Shown: one piece after another, positions 24,446 through 34,889 of the stretch | How positions within the stretch are numbered: position 1 is the first letter of the stretch | Layout of the letters: the number at the start of each line of letters is the position of its first letter | NCBI GenBank assembly: GCA_002269645.1 | Contig: NIVC01001762.1 | Span: 62,001 to 126,000 of the forward strand | Length of the DNA: 64,000 nt | From: Macrostomum lignano | Lineage: Eukaryota | Direction: 5' to 3' | The notes under the pieces: model-generated | Databases searched by the model: none | What the model saw: the letters and a program-made list of their open reading frames with translations, nothing else | What the model was told of the DNA's origin: nothing | Position numbers and translations under genes: made by a program

Positions 24446-27400
24446 CGACTGCGAGTGCGGCAGCTCCGAGTTGCTGGTCTTTCGGCTGTCTACGCAGTCG
24501 CCGCCGCCGCCTCCGCCGGTGCCCGCTGTGGCGTCGTCAGCGCCAGTCGCCCGGGCGCCCCGCTCGAAGACCAGCAGCGCGGCGAAGTCGCCGATGGCGT
24601 AAAGGCGAAACTCGCCGCTGCCGGTTCCGCCGACGCCGCCGCCGCCGCCAAGCAGGAGGCCGGCCAGCTCGAAGCTCTTCGGCGGCCCGAGGCCGACGCC
24701 GCGACGGTGAATCTCCAGGCAGGCCGGCGGCTGCGGTCGCAGCAGCAGCAGGTCGCCGGCGTTGGTGACGGCAATGGGCAGCGGCGAGGACTGCCGGCGG
24801 GGCAGGGTCAGCAGCGGCCGCAGCGTGGCGGCTTCAAGCAGCTGGTGGCGGGAGCCGCCGCTGAGCAGCAGGAGGGAGCCGTCTGGAGACAGGCAGAACT
24901 GGCGGGCCGAGTGGACGCTGCGCCGACAGAGCCGCTGCATTGGGCGCCGCCCGGCCGTGTCGAAGGCGCTGAAGATGAGCGGCTGCGGCTCCGCCTGCTG
25001 CTGCTGGCGCTGCGACCGGTGGGAGAGGGGGGTTCTGGGAGCGGTTCGCTGCTTGCTACTGGTTGGTCTAGAGAACAAGATCTACAGGCTCTATACAAAT
25101 GGTCTAGTGAACCCTAAACAGCGAGATCTAATGGCGAGCAAGAAAACCTCTCGGAATCCTGATATCAATTTTCAAGAGCCCATCGAGATCTACAGAACCA
25201 AATAGAGATCTACAGAACCCAATAGAGATCTACAGACCCGAATATAGATCTATAGAATATATTAGAGATCTACAAAACCCAGTACATATTTACGTAACCC
25301 AATAAAGATCTACAGAACACAATAGGGATCTACAGAACCCAATAGAGATCTACAAAACCCAGTAGAGATCTACCTAACCCAATAGAGATCTACAGAACAC
25401 AATAGGGATCTACAGAACCCAATAGAGATCTACAGAACACAATAGGGATCTACAGAACCCAATAGAGATCTACGGAACCCAATAGAGATCTACAGAACCC
25501 AATAGAGATCTACAGAACCCAATAGAGATCTACAGAACCCAATAGAGATCTACAGACCCGAATATAGATCTATAGAATATATTAGAGATCTACAAAACCC
25601 AGTACATATTTACGTAACCCAATAAAGATCTACAGAACACAATAGGGATCTACAGAACCCAATAGAGATCTACAAAACCCAGTAGAGATCTACCTAACCC
25701 AATAGAGATCTACAGAACACAATAGGGATCTACAGAACCCAATAGAGATCTACAGAACACAATAGGGATCTACAGAACCCAATAGAGATCTACGGAACCC
25801 AATAGAGATCTACAGAACCCAATAGAGATCTACAGAACCCAATAGAGATCTACAGAACCCAATAGAGATCTACAGACCCGAATATAGATCTATAGAATAT
25901 ATTAGAGATCTACAAAACCCAGTACATATTTACGTAACCCAATAAAGATCTACAGAACACAATAGGGATCTACAGAACCCAATAGAGATCTACAAAACCC
26001 AGTAGAGATCTACCTAACCCAATAGAGATCTACAGAACACAATAGGGATCTACAGAACCCAATAGAGATCTACAGAACACAATAGGGATCTACAGAACCC
26101 AATAGAGATCTACGGAACCCAATAGAGATCTACAGAACCCAATAGAGATCTACAGAACACAATAGGGATCTACAGAACCAAATAGAGATCTACAGAGCCC
26201 ATTAAAGATCTACAGAGCCCAATAGAGATCTACAGAACCGAATATAGATCTATAGAATCTAATAGCAATCTACAGAACCCAGTAGAGATCTACGTAACCC
26301 AATATAGATCTACAGAACCCAATAGAGATCTACAGCACCCAATAGAGATCTACAGCACCCAAAAGAGATCTACAGAAACCGCACCTGGCTGGAGCCCGAG
26401 CCGGCCAGCCGAGACACGAGCAGCACGGCGTCCTCGGAGGTCCAGTGGAAGCGGAGGAACCTCTCCGCCCTGCCGGCCACTGACTGTCCGAGCAGCAGCG
26501 CCCGCTTTGGTGCGTCTGTCCGGTCCGTCCACACGGTGAAGGCGGCCTCGGAGGAGGCTGACTTGCGCGAGGAGCTGCCGCTGCCGCCGAAGGAGCACCA
26601 GAGAGCACCGAGCGGCGACCGGCCGTGCCTGGACGCGGCGGCGACGACCTCGGCTGTCGGGGTCTCGTACGCGCCGACCCGGGTGCCGCTGGCCAGGCAG
26701 TGGAATTCGACTCGGCTGCGCAGGACCACGCAGAGCACATCGCGGTGGTCGAAGGAGACCAGGCTGACTGGCCGCCGATCGGCCGCCGGGAAGTCGATGG
26801 CGCGTCGCTTGCAGTTGCCGGCGGCGCCAGGCTGCCGGCGGTTGACGTAGACCTTGCGGCGGTCGGAGGTAAGCGCGGCGAAGTAGGTAGCGGTGAAGGC
26901 TACCTGGACGATGTTCACCTGGAGAGTAGGGTGACAGGTAAATAAGCAAGTAGTTCTAGCTTACATGTAGCGTAAGTGGATCGTCAGTGGAAATATGTCA
27001 AAGTCAAATATCTAATTAATTTTTAAGAGCCCTAAGAGTTATCGATTTCTAGTCTGGTTTCCGTAATCTAACCTTAATTTCTCTCTCCACCAACTCCTCA
27101 GCCAGCACCCCTCATTCGTCTCTACACCAACCCCTCAGCCAGCACCCCTCATTCCTCTCTCCGCCAACCCCTCAGCCAGCATCCTTATTCCTCTCTCCGC
27201 CAACCCCTCAGCCAGCACCCCTCATTCCTCTCTCCGCCAACCCCTCAGCCAGCACCCCTCATTCCTCTCTAAACCAAACCCTCAGCCAGCACCCCTCATT
27301 CCTCTCTCCGCCAACCCCTCAGCCAGCACCCCTCATTCCTCTCTCCGCCAACCCCTCAGCCAGCACACCTCATTCCTCTCTCCGACAACCCCTCAGCCAG

Positions 27401-27768
27401 CACCCCTCATTCCTCTCTCCGACAACCCCTCAGCCAGCACCCCTTATTCCTCTCTCCGACAACCCCTCAGCCAGCACCCCTCATTCCTCTCTCCGACAAC
27501 CCCTCAGCCAGCACCCCTCATTCCTCACCGGAAACCGGATATCCTGTGGCTCGACGCCCACTAGCCAGTTGGCCTGACGGCAAGCCGATGAATACGAGGC
27601 ACTCAACGCCAACTGTGGCGGCTGTTGCGGTGCTGCTGACGCAGACTTTGGCTGCTGCTGGAAGGCGGCCTCAGCCGAGGTGCCAGTGGGCTGTTCCGCC
27701 GTGCTCACCAGGTCGGTGCTGGCGGCTGCAGACACGGCCGCAGTGCGACTGAAGCCAGGTGCTTGCAT
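23538..27768 (-). CDS. Uncharacterised ~590-aa protein, possibly beta-propeller-like; exons 27768-27529, 26918-26385, 25009-24331, 23857-23538
   Basis: Four GC-rich exons joined by GT-AG sites with consistent phases (0,0,1); short beta-strand-like segments (e.g. QFCLSPDGSLLLLSGG); no family recognised. Confidence 0.72.
23965..24275. repeat. 25-bp minisatellite TGACCAATCAGAAAGCGACATGTGC
   Basis: About a dozen copies in the last intron of the orphan gene. Confidence 0.95.
25185..26376. repeat. 20-bp minisatellite AGAGATCTACAGAACCCAAT with 320-bp higher-order period
   Basis: Diagnostic variant block recurs at about 25221, 25541 and 25861. Confidence 0.95.
27085..27525. repeat. 37-bp minisatellite CCCTCAGCCAGCACCCCTCATTCCTCTCTCCGCCAAC
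   Basis: Direct reading. Confidence 0.95.
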
Positions 27769-27937
27769 TGCTTTGAAAAAGCGACTTGTGCTGCTTTCTT
27801 GTTGATCTTGGTGCCGATCCGGTCAAGATCTCACATCGATTTGAGTTGAGTGCTATAAACAACTGATCAACACCACAGTTTAGCCTAATTCATCTGCTCA
27901 GGGTCTGCATGCCATAGACGGCAGAGACAGACTTGAT

Positions 27938-27980
27938 GCATGGACTTCTATACTTGGCATCTAAGTATAGAAGTCCATGC
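27938..27980. other. Perfect 18-bp inverted repeat with 7-nt loop
   Basis: GCATGGACTTCTATACTT-GGCATCT-AAGTATAGAAGTCCATGC. Confidence 0.9.
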
Positions 27981-28179
27981 CTGATGGCCTCTGATAAGAA
28001 CTAATTTAGTTTTTAAATAGAGGTATTGCGGCATGAAATTAAATCACATATACTTTATTGCTTTTCACTCATCGTTTTATTTTGCCTATTCATCAAACTA
28101 CTGTATTCACAGAAAAATTGTGCATGCATAAGTGGTGCATTTGATGCATTCACAGAATCGATAAATTCACAGGATCTTT

Positions 28180-29290
28180 GTATTCACATAAACACTGTAT
28201 TCACATAACCACTGTATTTACATAACCACTGTATTCACTGAATCACTATATTCACAGAGTTAATTCAGTCGCAGAACTACTATATTCAGAGTCGATGCAT
28301 TCACAAAATTACTGTAGCCTCAGAATCCATCTAATTCGCAAAATTACCACATTCACAGAATCGATGCATTCACAGAATCGATGCATTCATAGAATCGATG
28401 CAATCACAGAATCACAGTATTCACAGAATCTATGCATTCACAGAATCGATGCATTCACAGAATCGATGCATTCACACAATCGATGCATTCACAGAATCGA
28501 TGCATTTACAGAATCGATTCATTCACAGAATCGATGCATTCACAGAATCGATGCATTCACACAATCGATGCATTCACAGAATCGATGCATTTACAGAATC
28601 GATGCATTCACAGAATCGATGCATTCACAGAATCGATGCATTCACAGAATCGATGCATTTACAGAATCGATGCATTCACAGAATCTATGCATTCACAGAA
28701 TCTATGCATTCACAGAATCGATGCATTTACAGAATCGATGCATTCACAGAATCGATGCATTCACAGAATCGATGCATTCATACAATCACTGCATTCACAG
28801 AATCGATGCATTCACAGAATCGATGCATTTACAGAATCGATGCATTCACAGAATCGATGCATTTACAGAATCGATGCATTCACAGAATCGATGCATTCAC
28901 AGAATCGATGCATTTACAGAATCGATGCATTCACAGAATCGATGCATTCACAGAATCGATGCATTTACAGAATCGATGCATTCACAGAATCGATGCATTC
29001 ATACAATCACTGCATTCACAGAATCGATGCATTCACAGAATCGATGCATTTACAGAATCGATGCATTCACAGAATCGATGCATTCACAGAATCGATGCAT
29101 TTACAGAATCGATGCATTCACAGAATCGATGCATTCACAGAATCGATGCATTTACAGAATCGATGGATTCACAGAATCACAGTATTCACAGAATCACAGT
29201 ATTCACACAACCGATGCATTCACACAACCGATACATTCACACAATCACTGCATTCACAGAATCGATGCATTCACAGAACCGATGCCCTTA
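28180..29290. repeat. 17-bp minisatellite GAATCGATGCATTCACA
   Basis: Direct reading. Confidence 0.97.
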
Positions 29291-30118
29291 CAGAAACACA
29301 GGAACTCCATATATCATAGAAAAAAGTAACAATTAAGGCAGGCAAAATGTTTCAAGTGAATCTGCCAGTCCAGCAGCTCCTCATGATCAGCTGATGATGA
29401 CCAGAAGCGGGCAGCTCAGTTTATATTTATGGAAAAGCCAATCTGAAATAAGCGGACACCAAACAGCCGCACAAAACAGAAGTGACTGGGACGGACGGCG
29501 TCTTTAAAAACAGTCGCGAATGTTGAAGGTTAAGTCAGAGGCTCTGAATAGAACACAGGAAAAAAGGGTTAGCTAGAAAAAGCCGGTTGCTAAGAGTAAA
29601 ACTCGGTTAAACTGTGCAAAATTTCAATACGAACCGCACAGTATTAAGACGCGGTCTTTGGTTCGAATTCCGCAAAAAACATCAAAACAATGGGAGAAGC
29701 AATGGGGCGGCGAGATCGGTTTCTTTCCGATAATTAAAAAGGCCAATTTTTACACACGACAAGGCGGTTAGCAACAAGCAGCAAAGGCAGAACATGCCAA
29801 ATTGTGTTTGAGCAAAACTGGGCACCTTAAGGTGGGAAAAACTCGAAAAGAATAAAATTTCAATGAGTAAAAAAGTTTTAAAAAAGACACAGCCTACAGG
29901 GAGGCACAAAACAGCTGGGGTATGCAAAGAGTGTAATTTGGCGTCCCGGGTTCGATTCCTGGCCAGGGATGATCGCTAGAAACTTCTACAGAAATGTGCT
30001 CGAACTGATTTATAAAGTTTCAAAGACTTTCTGTCTGCTCTACTATCAGTAGGTCGGTGAGGACCCTCGGAGCTAAAACTGAGAGGGGGTCACGGCAACT
30101 GGAGGCCTCATCAAGCGC

Positions 30119-33100
30119 CTAAGCAGTCTTGAGCAGGTGGGCGAACAGCTCGGTCTGCAGCGAGTCTGTCTTCTCGAACTCTTTCGAGGCGATCTTGCAA
30201 TAATCCAGGATGCGCTTCCACAGCTGTCCGACTGTGCACTTGGCCGACTGCAGCTTCTCGGACACCTCCTCCAGCTGCCGCGGTTGAACGGGGATGGAAA
30301 TCCGATGCTTTCATTTTGTAAGATTAAATAATTATAACGAAAAACTCTATTTATGCTACTAACTAGAAATGAGAACTTCTACTGCTGCTACTAAATGCCG
30401 ATATGTTTCGAAATCTATTTAACCAGTCATAAATTTGCACTTACCCGGTCAACCCGAGAATCGGAAAATTTGTGATACTGCAGCACCGGCAGCTCCAGCT
30501 GGGAGGCCACCAGCCACTGCAGCAGAGACTTCAGCTGAGGGTCGCCGCCGAAGGCGCCGCAGCCCCAGTTGCCCGTGACAACGCCGCGGGGCGCGCTGGC
30601 AGTCAGCTCGGGACACTGAAGCGGGATGAAGAGCGAGGTGGGGGGCAACTGCTCGGGAGCTGATCTGCACACTACGGTCACTCCTTGGGCACTCCAAGTA
30701 GCACTCTGGACTTTCACTCTCCGTAGCACTCTGGACTGTCACTCCCCGTAGCACTCTGGACTGTCACTCCACGTGGCACTCTGGACTGTCACTCCACGTG
30801 GCACTCTGGACTGTCACTCTCCATAGCAGTCTGAACTGTCACTCCCCGTAGCACTCTGGACTGTCACTCCCCGTAGCACTCTGGACTGTCACTCCAAGTA
30901 GCACTCTGGACTGTCACTCCCCGTAGCACTCTGGACTGTCACTCCAAGTAGCACTCTGGACTGTCACTCCCCGTAGCACTCTGGACTGTCACTCCAAGTA
31001 GCACTCTGGACTGTCACTCCAAGTAGCACTCTGGACTTTCACTCTCCGTAGCACTCTGAACTGTCACTCCAAGCAGCACTCTGGACTTTCACTCTCCGTA
31101 GCACTCTAAACTATCACTCCAAGTAGCAGTCTGAACTGTCACTCCAAGTAGCACTCTGGACTTTTACTCTCCGTAGCACTCTGAACTATCACTCCAAGTA
31201 GCAGTCTGAACTGTCACTCCAAGTAACACTCTGGGCTTTCACTCAAGGAAGCACTGTTAGAAATAAAGACTAAAAAATGAAATTGAAATAATAGACAGAC
31301 AGACATGCTGGAACTAAAAGCGAGTACAAGAGCAAAAAATAACGTCGAAAAACGAGAAAATCCACATAAAAACATACGCTGCTCTTTTGCATAGCAAACT
31401 ACTTACTGAGTAGTTTAGATAATGATTGAACGTCGCTCACTGCTTTTCAATTAATGACTGCAAAAAATCGCTTTATTTGTTGTGAAACAGAGCAATTGTT
31501 TGTAAAGCCAGTCATTCAACGCCATGAGGACAGGCTCAGTCTCATTGAGGCATGCCGCAATTTAATCGATATGTAGGGCAAATGTGCACTGGGTGAGAAT
31601 AGGCATACATACGTACATGGGGTGGGAGAGTCATATGTACATGGGGTGGGAGAGGCATACGTACATGGGGTGGGAGAGGCATATGTACATGGGGTGGGAG
31701 AGGCATATGTACATGGGGTGGGAGAGGCATATGTACATGTACATGGGGTGGGAGAGGCATATGTACATGGGGTGGGAGAGGCATACGTACATGGGGTGGG
31801 AGAGGCATACGTACATGGGGTGGGAGAGGCATACGTACATGGGGTGGGGGAGAGGCATATGTACATGGGGTGGGAGAGGCATATGTACATGGGGTGGGGG
31901 AGAGGCATACGTACATGGGGTGGGGGAGAGGCATATGTACATGGGGTGGGAGAGGCATATGTACATGGGGTGGGGGAGAGGCATATGTACATGGGGTGGG
32001 GGAGAGGCATATGTACATGGGGTGGGGGAGAGGCATATGTACATGGGGTGTGGGATATCGTATATAATGAGCAAGCGGGTTCATTATAAAGGCCAAAACT
32101 CTCACCTGTTTATAAGACTGCCGAAATGCCACATAAGCCTTGTTGGTGTCGCGCAGCAGGTTCTGCTTAACGTACTGCTCAGCGGGGAAGCCGCGGTACG
32201 GCACGGCGTCCATGGAGACGAGGCGGCTCGGCAGAATGCCGGCTTCGTCCGGCTGGAGCGATTCGCGCACCTGCCCGGTGAATTTCATTTTCAGCCCGTA
32301 GCCGTCGGACTGGCTGAACGGCTCGTAGCCCATGATGTACACGGCCTCGTTGTTGTCCATGGCCTCCACAAACAGCATGGAGGTGATGAGCTCCGGGTTG
32401 TGCACGAACAGGGTCTCCTCCTGGGGTGGGGTTGGCGGCAGGGCTGGGTTTAACCATGAACTGACTACTTTTAGTAAGATGGGAGAGTCAGAGTACGGGA
32501 GAGATGGGGAGAAGGGGTGAATTGAGAAAGAGATGGGAGGGATGAGATGGGAGGGGATGAGATGGGAGGGGATGAGATGGGAGGGGATGAGATGGGAGGG
32601 GATGAGATGGGAGGGGATGAGATGGGAGGGGATGAGATGGGAGGGGATGAGATGGAAGGGGATGAGATGGAAGGGGATGAGATGGGAGGGGATGAGATGG
32701 GAGGGAATGAGATGGGAGGGAATGAGATGGGAGGGGATGAGATGGGAGGGGATGAGATGGAAGGGGATGAGATGGAAGGGGATGAGATGGGAGGGGATGA
32801 GATGGGAGGGGATGAGATGGGAGGGGATGAGATGGGAGGGGATGAGATGGGAGGGGATGAGATGGGAGGGGATGAGATGGGAGGGGATGAGATGGGAGGG
32901 GATGAGATGGGAAGGGATGAGATGGGAGGGGATGAGATGGGAGGCGATGAGATGGGAGGGGATGAGATGGGAGGCGATGAGATGGGAGGGGATGAGATGG
33001 GAGGGGATGAGATGGGAGGGGATGAGATGGGAGAGGATGAGATGGGAGGCGATGAGATGGGAGGGGATGAGATGGGAGGGGATGAGATGGGAGGGAATGA

Positions 33101-34505
33101 GATGGGAGGGAATGAGATGGGAGGGGATGAGATGGGAGGGAATGAGATGGGAGGGGATGGGATGGGAGGGAATGAGATGGGAGGGGATGAGATGGGAGGG
33201 GATGAGATGGGAGGGAATGAGATGGGAGGGAATGAGATGGGAGGGAATGAGATGGGAGGGGATGAGATGGGAGGGATGAGAAGCAGAAGACGCACCTGCA
33301 ACACGCCAGTCAAGAGCACCCCGCCGCCCAGGAAGCTGTTGCCAAAGCAGACGTGCAGCAGGTTGGTGTCGGCGTCCTTCATGGAGGCCTCGGGCTCCAC
33401 CAGCAAGCGGCAGAGCGGGCGGGAGCTGGCGGCCAGCTTGGCGGAGGTCAGCAGCTCCTTGGACGGCAAGACGGAGCGGGCGACAACCAGCTTGCCGGCG
33501 GGCAGGCCCTCCCGCTGCAGCCGTTCGAAGTAGCTGAGAACGCATTGCAGCTTCTCTGCTTGGTGCGGAGTCCTGCAGCAGAAATTATTAGCAGCAAATC
33601 CTTCACTGCTCTACTTATAGTAATACACTAGAAAATACTGTGAAAAATCGCTCACGCTTCCTGAATGGCGGCGAAGAAGGCGGGAAAGCCGTTGGCCGAC
33701 ATGCTGATGGCCAGGTCCTTGGGGTGCTGCGGCATCACGCAGAGGAACGCGGCCGACAATAGCGAGGATACGAACTCGCGACTTAGCACAGTGACCGAGG
33801 CTAGGGATTTTGATTGGGATTATTTAACTGTTAGACTGGTATACTCTGTACAGTATTCAGGCTGTAACACACTGTCCAGTCTGTAAGCACAGGCTGTAAC
33901 ACACTGTCCAGTCTGTAAGCAAAGGCTGTAACACACTGTCCAGTCTGTAAGCACAGGCTGTAACACACTGTCCAGTCTGTAAGCAAAGGCTGTAACACAC
34001 TGTCCAGTCTGTAAGCACAGGCTGTAACACACTGTCCAGTCTGTAAACAGGCTGTAAGCACAGGCTGTAACACACTGTCCAGTCTGTAAGCACAGGCTGT
34101 AACACACTGTGCAGTCTGTAAACAGGCTGTAAGCACAGGCTGTACCACACACAGAGCAGAGAGCATCTCACCCTCCTGCTGGCAGGCGTAGTTCAGGGGC
34201 TCCCTGCCAGCCTCCAAGGCCAGCACGCGGTCCACCAGGAAGGGCAGCAGGCCCTGGAAGAACTGCTTGCGCTGCTCATCGCTCATGCGCTGCTCAATGA
34301 ACCGGCGCAGTCCAGTGAAAAACGAGCGCGCGGAACCGGCGCCCGTGGCCGGGCTGACGTAGTTCAGCATGTACTCCTCGTGCAGGTCGTCCAGCACTTT
34401 CACCAGCGCTTCAGGGTTCGGCTCGATTCGCTTCAGGGCCTCCAGGTGGCGCTTCAGCTTGGGCCAATTGGCCAGGTCCGTTGGTAGGGCGACTGGCGTT
34501 GCCAT
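30119..34505 (-). CDS. PARG: Poly(ADP-ribose) glycohydrolase, compact ~465 aa; exons 34505-34172, 33800-33656, 33572-33296, 32420-32106, 30615-30445, 30274-30119
   Basis: PARG signature [11 protein letters not shown]|[29 protein letters not shown]; six exons phase-consistent, 1398 nt in total. Confidence 0.95.
30680..31250. repeat. 25-bp minisatellite CACTCCCCGTAGCACTCTGGACTGT (PARG intron 4)
   Basis: Direct reading. Confidence 0.93.
31605..32052. repeat. 24-26-bp minisatellite GAGAGGCATATGTACATGGGGTGG (PARG intron 4)
   Basis: Direct reading. Confidence 0.95.
32530..33280. repeat. 15-bp minisatellite GAGATGGGAGGGGAT (PARG intron 3, splits the Q|EE motif)
   Basis: Direct reading. Confidence 0.97.
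33855..34150. repeat. 32-bp minisatellite GTAACACACTGTCCAGTCTGTAAGCACAGGCT (PARG intron 1)
   Basis: Direct reading. Confidence 0.93.
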
Positions 34506-34718
34506 GACAACTGGAAGGTGGCCGATAGGCGAGGGAATTAATGACTGAACTGGCTATTCAGGTATGACTGAGGCATGACTGAGGCGATTAATGACTGAGG
34601 CATGACTGAAACATCACTGAGACATGACTAAACTTGATCACTAAGGGTGAAAATAACTAGCCTAGTAAAAAAGATAAAAGCAGTAAAACAATTTCGCAAC
34701 CAACAAAATTCAAGATTA

Positions 34719-34739
34719 TTTATTCATCAATGATTTATT
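34719..34739 (-). terminator. Two AATAAA polyadenylation signals downstream of ZnT6
   Basis: TTTATT twice on +, about 150-170 nt past the ZnT6 stop, followed on - by a T-rich stretch. Confidence 0.6.
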
Positions 34740-34889
34740 GAGACAGCAAGAGTAATAATATTGTACATCAGTCCAAGAACCATTCACCAAAAGGCTCAGC
34801 ATAGTTACATAGTAGCTGAACAAAAGCAAGCCCCACTGTGTATATGTACATCCCCGGATATGCGCATTGCGAGGCAATTGTCATGCAGC

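Noticed and set aside
30040-30053. 14-mer CTACTATCAGTAGG shared between the PARG and NHE 3' regions
   Set aside because: Several 14-mer matches are expected by chance in 64 kb and there is no further similarity.
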